Below are positions 8,890 through 17,069 of a DNA stretch of 19,352 nucleotides, one piece after another. The first letter of the stretch is position 1, and each line of letters opens with the position of its first letter. Both the position numbers and the translations under genes were made by a program. The notes below the pieces were generated by a model that searched no databases, was not told where the DNA came from, and saw only the letters and a program-made list of their open reading frames with translations. The DNA comes from Planctomycetota bacterium. Lineage in GTDB: Bacteria > Planctomycetota > Brocadiia > Brocadiales > Brocadiaceae. The stretch covers positions 1 through 19,352 of the forward strand of contig VGXX01000042.1 of NCBI GenBank assembly GCA_016873155.1. The letters run 5' to 3'.

Positions 8890-9836
8890 AGAACATGCGA
8901 AAGACTGCGCTCCTTTTCCCCGGCCAGGGCGCCCAATATTCAGGAATGGGTAAGGATTTTTATGAACAATTCAAAGAAGCACGGGAAGTCTTCGATAAAG
9001 CCAATGAAATACTGGGCTTTGATTTAGCGTCACTCTGCTTTCACGGAAAACAGGAGGAACTCAACAAGACATCCATTTGTCAGCCGGCTATACTCGTAAC
9101 CAGCATAGCCATCCTGGAAGTCCTAAAAAAAAATTCTTCAATTCACATGGAGACGTGTCTTGCTGCCGGAGGGCTTAGTCTGGGAGAATACACAGCCCAC
9201 ATAGCCGCAGGTTCTTTGACTTTTACGGATGGTGTCCGGCTGGTATACAAGCGCGGCCTGTTTATGCAAGAGGCATGCAATACAAACCCGGGGGGGATGG
9301 TTTCTGTTATTGGACTCGAGGATGAAAAAGTGGATCAAATCTGCAATGAGATGAAATCACTAGGAATTATTTGTGCTGCAAATTATAATAGTCCGGGACA
9401 GGTGGTTATCTCAGGCGAAAAAACGGTGCTGGAAAAAGCCTCGTTGCTGTCGAAAGAACGAGGGGCAAGGATGGTTGTTCCTTTAAAGGTAGATGGGGCG
9501 TTCCATTCTGATTTAATGATCCCTGCAAGCAGCAAGCTTTCAAGGGAACTTGAGTCGACACCCATTTCGAAGCCGAATATTCCCGTTGTGGCAAATATCC
9601 ATGCGCACTACGTACGGGAACCAGGCGAGATAAAAGCGTCTTTAGCAAAACAACTCAATAGTCCGGTACGATGGCATCAGTCTGTCTCCATGCTGATACG
9701 TGACGGATTTAATCACTTTTATGAAATAGGGCCGGGAAAATCTCTATCGGGCCTTATGAAAAGGATTGACTCTACTCAGGAGATCAAAAATATTGACACG
9801 GTAGAGGCATTTAAAAATATGGGAAAATTGAATTAA
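8883..9836 (+). CDS. fabD: Malonyl-CoA:ACP transacylase
   Basis: LLFPGQGAQY N-terminal motif, GxSxG nucleophile elbow (GLSLGEY; Leu where E. coli has His), GAFHS. The ATG at 8883 overlaps the fabH stop (ATGGTAG). The ATG at 8895 (MRKTALLFPGQG) is an equally plausible start. Confidence 0.92.
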   Translation: MVENMRKTALLFPGQGAQYSGMGKDFYEQFKEAREVFDKANEILGFDLASLCFHGKQEELNKTSICQPAILVTSIAILEVLKKNSSIHMETCLAAGGLSLGEYTAHIAAGSLTFTDGVRLVYKRGLFMQEACNTNPGGMVSVIGLEDEKVDQICNEMKSLGIICAANYNSPGQVVISGEKTVLEKASLLSKERGARMVVPLKVDGAFHSDLMIPASSKLSRELESTPISKPNIPVVANIHAHYVREPGEIKASLAKQLNSPVRWHQSVSMLIRDGFNHFYEIGPGKSLSGLMKRIDSTQEIKNIDTVEAFKNMGKLN

Positions 9837-9859
9837 TTTTATAAGAAGGAGGTAAAACA

Positions 9860-10093
9860 GTGTCAGCAATCGAAGAGAAGGTCAAAGAGATTATCACCAA
9901 GCAAATGGGTGTAAAAGCAGAACAAATTACCAAAGAAACGTCATTCATTAATGATCTGGGAGCGGATTCCCTGGATACCGTAGAACTGATTATGGAGTTC
10001 GAAGACGCCTTTGATATGAACATCCCGGACGAAGAAGCAGAAAAGATCCGGACGGTGGGAGATGCCGTTAAATACATAGAGGAACACAAATAA
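9860..10093 (+). CDS. acpP: Acyl carrier protein
   Basis: 77 aa. DSLD phosphopantetheine attachment motif ([16 protein letters not shown]). GTG start 7 nt after AAGGAGGT. Confidence 0.95.
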   Translation: MSAIEEKVKEIITKQMGVKAEQITKETSFINDLGADSLDTVELIMEFEDAFDMNIPDEEAEKIRTVGDAVKYIEEHK

Positions 10094-10094
10094 C

Positions 10095-11339
10095 ATGCAG
10101 GAACGACGAAGAGTCGTTATTACCGGTGTTGGCGCTGTTACACCTCTTGGGCTTGAGAAAAAACAAATCTGGTCGGCGCTCTGTGAGGGAAAAAGCGGCA
10201 TAAAGCCCATTACTTCTTTTGATACCTCTGCTCATGAAGTACACTTCGGGGGGGAGGTCAGCGACTTTGATCCAAACAGGTGGTTTGAGGTTAAAGAGGT
10301 GCGCCGTTTGGACCGCTTCTCACAGTTTGCCGTAGCCGCAGCTATTCAAGCCATAGAAGATGCCGGTCTGAAGCTTGACGGTTTTGATCAAACACGGGTG
10401 GGAGTCGTGATCGGTTCAGGCATGGGGGGGTTGGCAGAACTCGAAACTCAGCATAACATCCTCATCAACAAAGGACCTTCACGGATATCTCCCTTCATGA
10501 TCCCCAAATTGATGGTCAATGCCGCCCCGGCGCAGGTGGCAATACGATTCGGCTTAAAAGGCCCTAATTATGCGCTGGTAACTGCCTGTACTACCGGCGT
10601 CAATTCCATAGGAGAGGCCGTTCGTATTATTCAAAGGGGCGAGGCAGACATTATGATTGCCGGAGGCTCTGAAGCGGTAATTACCCCTTTGGCCCTCGGC
10701 GGGTTTAGCGCTATGAAAGCCCTCTCCACCCGCAATGATGCGCCACAATTGGCCAGCCGCCCTTTTGATAAAGACCGCGATGGCTTTGTCATTTCGGAAG
10801 GCGCGGGAGTTGTTGTGATCGAAGACATTGAAACTGCAAGGAACAGAGGCGCAAACATTTACGCAGAGATACTGGGTTATGGCCTCAATGGAGATGCGTA
10901 CCATATCGCAGCGCCGGAACCTGACGGAAACGGCGCAATGCGGTGTATGACAAGCGCCCTCAAAGACGCCCGTTGCAATCCGGGAGAAATTGATTATATC
11001 AATGCTCATGCGACATCAACTCCTGTCGGTGACAATATTGAAATGAAAGCTATAAAGAATGTTTTTGGGGAGCATGCACCCAAAATCCCCATTAGTTCTA
11101 CAAAGTCCATGCTGGGTCATCAACTCGGCGCTTCGGGGAGCGTAGAAGCTATCATTTGCGCTATGGTAATCAAGGAAGGGGTTATGCCACCCACCATCAA
11201 CTACAAAACACCGGATCCGGAGTGTATGGGGTTAGATTTTATCCCTAACGTAGCCCGTGAAAAAAAGGTCAGGAAGGTGCTTTCCAATTCATTTGGTTTT
11301 GGCGGCCACAACGCCAGCATCATACTTGGCAAATTGTAA
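10095..11339 (+). CDS. fabF: 3-oxoacyl-ACP synthase II (KAS II)
   Basis: 414 aa. Active-site Cys (TACTTGVNSIG), His-His (NAHATSTPVGD, GHQLGASG), C-terminal SFGFGGHNAS. Starts 1 nt after the acpP stop. Confidence 0.95.
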   Translation: MQERRRVVITGVGAVTPLGLEKKQIWSALCEGKSGIKPITSFDTSAHEVHFGGEVSDFDPNRWFEVKEVRRLDRFSQFAVAAAIQAIEDAGLKLDGFDQTRVGVVIGSGMGGLAELETQHNILINKGPSRISPFMIPKLMVNAAPAQVAIRFGLKGPNYALVTACTTGVNSIGEAVRIIQRGEADIMIAGGSEAVITPLALGGFSAMKALSTRNDAPQLASRPFDKDRDGFVISEGAGVVVIEDIETARNRGANIYAEILGYGLNGDAYHIAAPEPDGNGAMRCMTSALKDARCNPGEIDYINAHATSTPVGDNIEMKAIKNVFGEHAPKIPISSTKSMLGHQLGASGSVEAIICAMVIKEGVMPPTINYKTPDPECMGLDFIPNVAREKKVRKVLSNSFGFGGHNASIILGKL

Positions 11340-11713
11340 GATTTAACAGCATTGTTTTACAATTATTTCCCCTTTCCGATCTTACCAGATTTTTTAATAG
11401 CCTTGCGACGAAGTACTCTATACTTCGTATTGCGTTCCCGGATAACGAATCCTATTTTTTTCTTTTTAGGTTCCTCCGTCGGCGCCATCAATTGCCGGAT
11501 AGCGTCAAAGACAACCTTGAACTGTGCATCGTATTTTTTCTCCATTTCAACCAGCTTTCGTGCAAGGTCTTTATGTGTTGCCAGCATCTCGCGGAGCTTT
11601 ACAAAAGCCCGCATAATGGCGATATTGGCATGAATCGCCCGCTCGCTGTTAAGAACGCTTGAGAGCATGGCAACACCCTGTTCAGTAAAAGCATACGGCA
11701 AATATTTTCTGTA

Positions 11714-11899
11714 CTACTATCCATCAAGTTCTTATTTTTTATGCTCGTTTTTCAAACTGCATAACCGTAAGGCATTGATTAGATGAGACTTACGCAAAGT
11801 TTGGAGCATTGAGTTTCTTGTCATTTGTCATTTGAAATTGTTTCGTATTTCGATATTCGTATTTCGAATTTGGTTGCGGCCAGAGGCCGCGCCAGGTTC
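11714..11899. mobile_element. 186-nt insertion (copy B of the short interspersed repeat) splitting the ORF6N gene
   Basis: Bounded by ...GRG (codon ends at 11900) and YRKYLPYAF (resumes at 11713). GC hairpin GCGGCC-aga-GGCCGC at 11876-11890. TTATGC-N14-GCATAA at 11739-11764. A 2 x 14-nt tandem TTCGTATTTCGA(TA/AT) at 11842-11869. No terminal inverted repeats. Blocks shared with 96-184. Confidence 0.45.
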
Positions 11900-11910
11900 T
11901 CCACGTCCTT

Positions 11911-11941
11911 TCTTTAAGGTCGCAAATTGCGACCTTAAAGA
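11911..11941. repeat. Perfect 31-nt palindrome (15-bp arms, 1 central nt) inside the ORF6N coding sequence
   Basis: TCTTTAAGGTCGCAA-A-TTGCGACCTTAAAGA was checked base by base. It encodes the conserved SLRSQFATLK segment on the minus strand and lies 12 nt from the insertion junction at 11899. Confidence 0.8.
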
Positions 11942-12201
11942 GGCTGCTTCATCTTCTGACAATTGAAACATAAAATCCGATGGAAATCTTGTAATATTGC
12001 GCCTTACCTGCTCATTAAGCCGCTTGGTTGGAACAGCATAAAGTTCCGCAAGATCACTGTCCAGCATAACTTTATGGCCGCGGATCATGTAGATTTTCCC
12101 CTCTATTACTTCCTGTTGAACAATAATCTCCATCCTTCCCCTGTCTTTGGATTATCACAATTTGTGATATCCGCTAAGATACCAATTTAATGCTTTAAAC
12201 A

Positions 12202-12399
12202 TCACCCTTGCTCTTCAAACAACTTCGCCACATTTTCAGCTATCCGTTCTTCCATATCCTTCGCCTCGGCGTTCAATTTCTCAAGTTCTTCATTCAACGC
12301 CTCAAGTCTTTCGTAGAAATCAACATCTTCTTCCTCTTCCTCAGCCACTCCAACATATCGCCCAGGATTTAGGGAATAGCCATGTCCTTTTATAAGCAC
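12202..12399 (-). pseudogene. C-terminal remnant of a type I restriction-modification methyltransferase subunit (HsdM-like)
   Basis: [47 protein letters not shown] matches the acidic coiled-coil tail following the NPGRYVG motif at the C-terminus of N6-adenine HsdM proteins. Only ~65-75 codons are open (frame closed by a stop at 12433-12435). The remnant abuts the lpxD stop, and no catalytic domain is present. Confidence 0.7.
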
Positions 12400-12418
12400 G
12401 AGAGTTTGATTTGCAGAA

Positions 12419-13429
12419 TTAATGTGAAGTCTTTATAAATTTCCTGATGGCATTGTACATTTCAGGCAATTTTTTAATTAAGACCTGGATGCGTTTTTCT
12501 TCATTGATAGGCTTGGCCGGTGAGCCCCACACGACAGAGCCAGGTTCTAAACTCTTGTAAACGTTTGAACCTCCGCCAATGATACAGTTATCACCGATTG
12601 TTGCATGGTCGGTGATACCCACATCTTCGGCAATCATGACGTTCTTTCCGATTTTTGTGCTCCCTGCAATCTTGGCGTAGGCGATAAGCATCGTGTTATC
12701 TCCTATAGTAACATTATGGGCAATATGCGAGTGATTGTCTATCTTCACCCCGTTTCCCATAATTGTCTTATCAAGCGCAGCCCGGCAAATCGTTACCATA
12801 GCGCCAATCTCAACGTCGTCCCCTATCTCGACGGTTCCTATTTGTGGAATTTTTTTATGCTTACCTTTTACCTGAAGATACCCGAATCCATCATCCCCTA
12901 TTACGCTGTTGCAATGGATAATAGCCCGTTTCCCAATAATAACATTTTCACGAATAGAGACGTTGGCGTAAATAACAGAATCGTCACCAATACGACTCTC
13001 CTTCCCGATAAACGCATTCGGATAGATAGTAACATTATTCCCTATACAGACGTAATCATCAATAACAACATACGCCCCAACAGAAACCCCCTTTCCTACG
13101 GTAGCTTCTTTGCCGATAATAGCCGTGGGGTGGATGCCTGCGGGACGTTTATATCTTTCCGCAGCCACAACCTCAGTAAACCTGGTAAATGCCAGAAATG
13201 GGTTATCAATGACTATCTGGGGGGTTTTGAGCGCTTGTATCTCGCGATGCACGACAATTGCGGAGGCCATTGATATCATGGCCTGTTGGATTAAAGAATC
13301 ATCCTTGATGAAGGTGATGCTTCCTTCTTTAGCAGTTTCAACGCTGGCAACATCGGTAATTATCGTGTCTCCGTTGCCAATAATCTTTCCACCGATAATG
13401 GATTGGATTTGAATCAGAGTATAGTGCAT
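12419..13429 (-). CDS. lpxD: UDP-3-O-acylglucosamine N-acyltransferase
   Basis: 336 aa. N-terminal LpxD-type domain followed by a long left-handed beta-helix of hexapeptide repeats ([38 protein letters not shown]...) and FGY...[11 protein letters not shown]. Confidence 0.93.
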   Translation of the reverse strand: MHYTLIQIQSIIGGKIIGNGDTIITDVASVETAKEGSITFIKDDSLIQQAMISMASAIVVHREIQALKTPQIVIDNPFLAFTRFTEVVAAERYKRPAGIHPTAIIGKEATVGKGVSVGAYVVIDDYVCIGNNVTIYPNAFIGKESRIGDDSVIYANVSIRENVIIGKRAIIHCNSVIGDDGFGYLQVKGKHKKIPQIGTVEIGDDVEIGAMVTICRAALDKTIMGNGVKIDNHSHIAHNVTIGDNTMLIAYAKIAGSTKIGKNVMIAEDVGITDHATIGDNCIIGGGSNVYKSLEPGSVVWGSPAKPINEEKRIQVLIKKLPEMYNAIRKFIKTSH

Positions 13430-13440
13430 AGTATTTTAAA

Positions 13441-13592
13441 AGGATGAAAGCGGAAGGATGAGGGATGAAGGAACGGCAGGTGAGATCACTATTCTATTGC
13501 GGATAGCCCGGCTTTGCTGAGTACAAGTTTCGGCTTTTACAATCCGCATTCTATTTTTCATCCTTCATCCCTCACCCTTCATCCTTCATTTT
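13441..13592. repeat. Inverted arrays of heptamer repeats flanking an ~88-nt core (MITE- or REP-like element)
   Basis: Left heptads AGGATGA/AAGCGGA/AGGATGA/GGGATGA at 13441-13468. Right heptads TCATCCT/TCATCCC/TCACCCT/TCATCCT/TCATTTT at 13558-13592. Best inverted match is 13454-13472 with 13561-13579 (18/19). Inner 7-bp IR TGCGGAT 13498-13504 with ATCCGCA 13542-13548. Confidence 0.6.
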
Positions 13593-13594
13593 CT

Positions 13595-13617
13595 CACGTC
13601 ACTCGACACACGTCACT
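13595..13617. promoter_or_regulatory. Direct repeat CACGTCACT x2, 14 nt start-to-start (possible transcription-factor site)
   Basis: Exact 9-mers at 13595-13603 and 13609-13617 in the divergent lpxD/glmS intergenic region, ~65-85 nt upstream of the putative glmS -35. Confidence 0.3.
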
Positions 13618-13680
13618 TCCCCGCGTATATTTTTGAACATCGTATCACAACCATAAATTACTGTCAAATGAACTTTTATA

Positions 13681-13709
13681 TTGACAATCCTGTTCATTAA
13701 GCATAATAA
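13681..13709 (+). promoter_or_regulatory. Candidate sigma70-type promoter for glmS
   Basis: TTGACA at 13681-13686, 17-nt spacer, TAATAA at 13704-13709 (overlapping ATAATA/TAATAT alternatives). Lies ~45 nt upstream of the glmS ATG. Confidence 0.4.
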
Positions 13710-13752
13710 TATTTATAAACATTTTGTGGTAATTTTTGGGGGAAAAATCTTT

Positions 13753-15579
13753 ATGTGTGGAATTGTGGGATATATTGGGCATAAAGAGGCCATCAAGGTG
13801 CTCCTCGACGGCATCAAACGACTCGAATACCGCGGGTATGATTCTTCCGGAATAGCATTTATCGAGAACGGTGCGCTGGAATGTAAAAAGGCCGTAGGAA
13901 AGATTGCCGAACTGGAAAAGACGCTCAACGGAAACAACATCCACACAAACATGGGAATCGCACATACCCGATGGGCAACCCACGGCGCCCCTTCTATGGA
14001 AAACGCACACCCCCACATCGATTGTAATAACGAAATTGCCGTAGTGCACAATGGAATTATTGAAAATTATGATTATTTAAAAACGAGATTACAGCGTGAA
14101 GGACATATCTTCAGGAGTGAAACAGACACAGAGGTATTAGCGCATCTGATCGAAAAATATTTTCACGGCAACATGGAAATGGCAGTCATGGAGGCATTGA
14201 AAGAGGTTGAAGGAACGTACGGCATTGCGGTAATTTCAACAAAAGACCCTCAAAAGATTGTTGCGGCACGAAAGGGATCGCCCCTTGTGCTGGGGATCGG
14301 GCAACAGGAATATTTCATTACCTCTGATATTTCCGCATCGCTGGAACACACACGGGACGTAATATATCTGGACGATAATGAAGTAGCTATTCTTACCAGG
14401 AGTAAGTACGAAACCAAGACCATGCAAAATATCCCCACCTCTAAAAAAGTAGAAGAGGTGTTATGGAATATCGACATGATCGAGAAGGGTGGCTATCCGC
14501 ACTTTATGCTTAAGGAGATACACGAGCAGCCCCATGCGTTAAGAAATGCCATGCGCGGAAGGGTTGACATAAGTGGTAGGTCGGTAAGACTTGGCGGATT
14601 GATTAGCCACGAGAAAATACTCCGGGAAGCCAAACGCATTGTCATTGTCGCCTGCGGCACATCGTGGCATGCAGGACTGGTTGGCGAATATATGCTGGAA
14701 GAACTAGCCCGAATACCGGTTGAAGTAGAATACGCCTCGGAATTCAGGTATCGGAATCCCGTGATCGAAGAAGGCACTGTCGTAATTGCAATAAGCCAGT
14801 CCGGTGAAACGGCGGACACCCTGGGCGCCATGCGCGAGGCAAAACACAAGGGCGCAAAACTCCTCTCAATCTGCAACGTCGTTGGCAGCACCATCGCAAG
14901 AGAATCGGATTTTGGCGTTTACTTACACATCGGCCCGGAAATAGGCGTTGCTTCAACAAAGGCATTTACTGCCCAGATAATTATTTTATATTTGTTTACC
15001 CTTTACATGATGAAGCTAAAGAATGGCCATTCAACGATATTTTCAGACATGGTAAAGGTCGCTCAGACCGTGCCTGACAAGATTCAGTCTATCCTGAACA
15101 GGGAAGAAGAAATTGTGGAGATTGCAAAGTTATACAAGGATAATGAGCATGCCCTTTATTTGGGTCGTGGATACAATTATCCTGTCGCTCTTGAAGGCGC
15201 ATTAAAACTCAAGGAAATATCTTACATCCATGCCGAAGGCTACCCCGCAGCAGAGATGAAACACGGCCCCATAGCGCTTATTAATGAAGATATGCCCGTA
15301 ATCTTTATCGCCACGCAGGACAAAGTTTACGGAAAGATATTAAGCAACATAGAAGAGGTAAAGTCAAGGGGTGGGAGGGTGATTGCAATTGCGACTGAAG
15401 GTGACGAACAGATCGCAGAAAAGGTAGACCGTGTATTTTATATTCCCAAAACCCTTGACCCGCTAACGCCGCTACTTTCAGTAATCCCGCTTCAATTGCT
15501 GGCATATCACACGGCAGTCATGCGCGGCTGTGACGTGGACAAGCCCAGAAATCTCGCCAAAAGCGTAACGGTTGAATAG
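13753..15579 (+). CDS. glmS: Glutamine--fructose-6-phosphate aminotransferase (isomerizing)
   Basis: The start is set at the ATG giving MCGIVGY, because the catalytic Cys must follow the initiator Met. Two SIS domains and canonical C-terminus DKPRNLAKSVTVE. The ORF-track start at 13681 adds 24 non-homologous residues. Confidence 0.96.
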   Translation: MCGIVGYIGHKEAIKVLLDGIKRLEYRGYDSSGIAFIENGALECKKAVGKIAELEKTLNGNNIHTNMGIAHTRWATHGAPSMENAHPHIDCNNEIAVVHNGIIENYDYLKTRLQREGHIFRSETDTEVLAHLIEKYFHGNMEMAVMEALKEVEGTYGIAVISTKDPQKIVAARKGSPLVLGIGQQEYFITSDISASLEHTRDVIYLDDNEVAILTRSKYETKTMQNIPTSKKVEEVLWNIDMIEKGGYPHFMLKEIHEQPHALRNAMRGRVDISGRSVRLGGLISHEKILREAKRIVIVACGTSWHAGLVGEYMLEELARIPVEVEYASEFRYRNPVIEEGTVVIAISQSGETADTLGAMREAKHKGAKLLSICNVVGSTIARESDFGVYLHIGPEIGVASTKAFTAQIIILYLFTLYMMKLKNGHSTIFSDMVKVAQTVPDKIQSILNREEEIVEIAKLYKDNEHALYLGRGYNYPVALEGALKLKEISYIHAEGYPAAEMKHGPIALINEDMPVIFIATQDKVYGKILSNIEEVKSRGGRVIAIATEGDEQIAEKVDRVFYIPKTLDPLTPLLSVIPLQLLAYHTAVMRGCDVDKPRNLAKSVTVE

Positions 15580-15710
15580 CTCAAGAGGCCAATGAAAGAC
15601 AAATTACAAAATGCTTTAATTGCTTGCATAGAAACTGTAAGATGGGCAAGGCGCAGCGAACCAATCAATAGTAAAACATTGGAGCGCTTCTTCTTCACCT
15701 CACAACCCAA

Positions 15711-16268
15711 CTAGGTCAATTCCAAAAACAGTTCAGCAACAGGAAAGGAGAAACCTTTCATGACTTCTTCACCGTCTAAGATATCTTTCCTTGTGAGGAG
15801 TTTATCGGCATACGGTGAATGATACACCAGAACAGTTTGTTCTTCCGGGTTTATTACCCATGCCAATGTTGTTTCATTTTCAAAATATTCGACAATTTTA
15901 CCATGAATGCTTTCAAGCGTATCGGAGGGAGAGAGTATTTCAACGGCAATATCTGGCGAGCCTTTAAAAAAACCTTTTGGTGGTCTTTTCAGTCCCTTTA
16001 GCCGGTCACCCCTGATAAACGATACATCCGGAGACCGAAGATTTCCCGATTTCATCCAATAACCCGCGCTTGATCCACATACTATTCCGAGCTTATGTTC
16101 CAACGCAAATCTTTTTAATGCTGTAAGAAGAGTTGCGCCAATATCCTCATGTTCAATTCCTGTTGGACCCATAACAAGTTCTCCGTTTACTAATTCATAT
16201 TTGTTACCATTATTGGGTAATGACATTATCTCTTTTTCAGTCCAATTTTTTTTAATTGTCGCTTCCAT
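15711..16268 (-). CDS. Uma2-family (DUF820) putative restriction-endonuclease-like protein
   Basis: Family hallmarks: KYELVNGELV, H..I, PDVSFI, SPDIAVEILSPSD, KIVEYFENETTLAWVINPEEQTV.VY. The ATG at 16268 lies 6 nt after AAGGAG. The GTG at 16292 is less likely. Confidence 0.85.
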   Translation of the reverse strand: MEATIKKNWTEKEIMSLPNNGNKYELVNGELVMGPTGIEHEDIGATLLTALKRFALEHKLGIVCGSSAGYWMKSGNLRSPDVSFIRGDRLKGLKRPPKGFFKGSPDIAVEILSPSDTLESIHGKIVEYFENETTLAWVINPEEQTVLVYHSPYADKLLTRKDILDGEEVMKGFSFPVAELFLELT

Positions 16269-16346
16269 TGAACACTCCTTTTTGTGATACACTTCTGAGC
16301 ATTTATTTTACATAAAATATTTTTTAATGATTTGTCATGTATCCTG

Positions 16347-17033
16347 CTATTCGCCTGCAAACTTAAATTTTGTTGCAAAGCCGCTTCTCCCGTCGTAATT
16401 CCACTCATATTTGTCTTCATTAAACCGATGGATAGCTGCCTTCCCCATATCCAATGTCATGTCAAACTCCTTCGCCCAGATGGAAAAATTTTTATTTATA
16501 ATCTGGGTAGGCTTACCGGGGTCTCCTGCACCATGTAATAACTCAATATCCAACGTCAACCTATCACCCGCTACCGCTTTTTTGCGCCACTCAGAAGATT
16601 CTGCACTAATAGGCAAGTATCGCACGGTTATTCTGTCTTGCGGGACTTTCGCAAAGTCAAAAACACGATTTTGGAAGATGTCAAGCAATGCATTTTTCTG
16701 AACGGCAGAAGCTTTTTTATCGTCAATATAAAATACAATCCAATTTTTATCCGGGGTTGCCGTTAAATCTGTTATGCCAATAATCGTTTGACCGTCTAAG
16801 CTGTACTGTCCATAACTACCTTTTTGGATATGAAAAACGCCTGCAATTTTGCATGTTTTGTTGTGAGTAGGTTCGCTGCCAAAAAGACACGGACAGCCGG
16901 GATTACAGGTACAACCCTCAAAATATTCACCCTCAACAGACCACTTTGGACCGGCAAAAACGGCGTTAAAATTAGCACAAACCATCATAGCAACAACAAA
17001 TCCCAGCCATACATATTTCATCTTTTTGTTCAC
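16347..17033 (-). CDS. Secreted DUF1326-family protein
   Basis: The mature part begins PKWSVEGEYFEGCTCNPGCPCLF...CKIAGVFHIQKGSYGQYSLDGQ, matching my recollection of the DUF1326 N-terminal W.I.G.Y.E.C.C...CPC signature and overall length. Predicted signal peptide MNKKMKYVWLGFVVAMMVCANFNAVFA. GTG start at 17033 lies 8 nt after AGGAGG. The ORF-track start at 17087 falls inside the palindrome and is unlikely. Confidence 0.8.
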   Translation of the reverse strand: MNKKMKYVWLGFVVAMMVCANFNAVFAGPKWSVEGEYFEGCTCNPGCPCLFGSEPTHNKTCKIAGVFHIQKGSYGQYSLDGQTIIGITDLTATPDKNWIVFYIDDKKASAVQKNALLDIFQNRVFDFAKVPQDRITVRYLPISAESSEWRKKAVAGDRLTLDIELLHGAGDPGKPTQIINKNFSIWAKEFDMTLDMGKAAIHRFNEDKYEWNYDGRSGFATKFKFAGE

Positions 17034-17069
17034 TGCCGTCTCCTCCTTATAAAAATGTCTTTCTGAAAG

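Larger units (their letters stand above)
11363..12133 (-). pseudogene. ORF6N-domain DNA-binding protein gene, interrupted
   Basis: ORFs 12133->11828 and 11701->11363 are in the same frame. N-part: KIYMIRGHKVMLDSDLAELYAVPTKRLNEQVRRNITRFPSDFMFQLSEDEAASLRSQFATLKKGRG. C-part: (YRKY)[40 protein letters not shown]. As I recall this family, these motifs are contiguous in intact members. Four in-frame stops lie between them. Confidence 0.75.

Noticed and set aside
11352-11633. 93-aa plus-strand ORF downstream of fabF
   Set aside because: It is antisense to the C-terminal half of ORF6N, whose homology is clear. Its sequence is hydrophobic and low-complexity.
12605-13412. Plus-strand ORFs (222 aa, 100 aa) inside lpxD
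   Set aside because: Hexapeptide-repeat genes commonly generate long antisense ORFs. The LpxD assignment on the minus strand is unambiguous.
13430-13752. glmS ribozyme or N-terminal extension of GlmS (ORF-track start 13681)
   Set aside because: I could not recognise the conserved glmS ribozyme core, and that RNA is mainly found in Gram-positive lineages. GlmS requires Cys directly after the initiator Met, which fixes the start at 13753.
13645-14051. Minus-strand ORFs of 134 aa and 112 aa overlapping the glmS 5' end
   Set aside because: They are antisense to the conserved glutaminase domain and have no motifs.
15598-15660. Possible third copy of the interspersed repeat (9-mers AACTGTAAG and TAATTTGTC in rearranged orientation; GCGCAGC)
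   Set aside because: There are only short matches with inconsistent orientation. Such matches are expected by chance at this word length without formal alignment support.
15507-15710. 67-aa minus-strand ORF in the glmS/Uma2 convergent gap
   Set aside because: It overlaps the glmS 3' end and has no RBS or homology. It is likely a translation of intergenic repeat-like sequence.
16226-16538. Small ORFs 16226-16420 (-) and 16332-16538 (+)
   Set aside because: They overlap the Uma2 start region and the DUF1326 3' end, and they show no coding signal.
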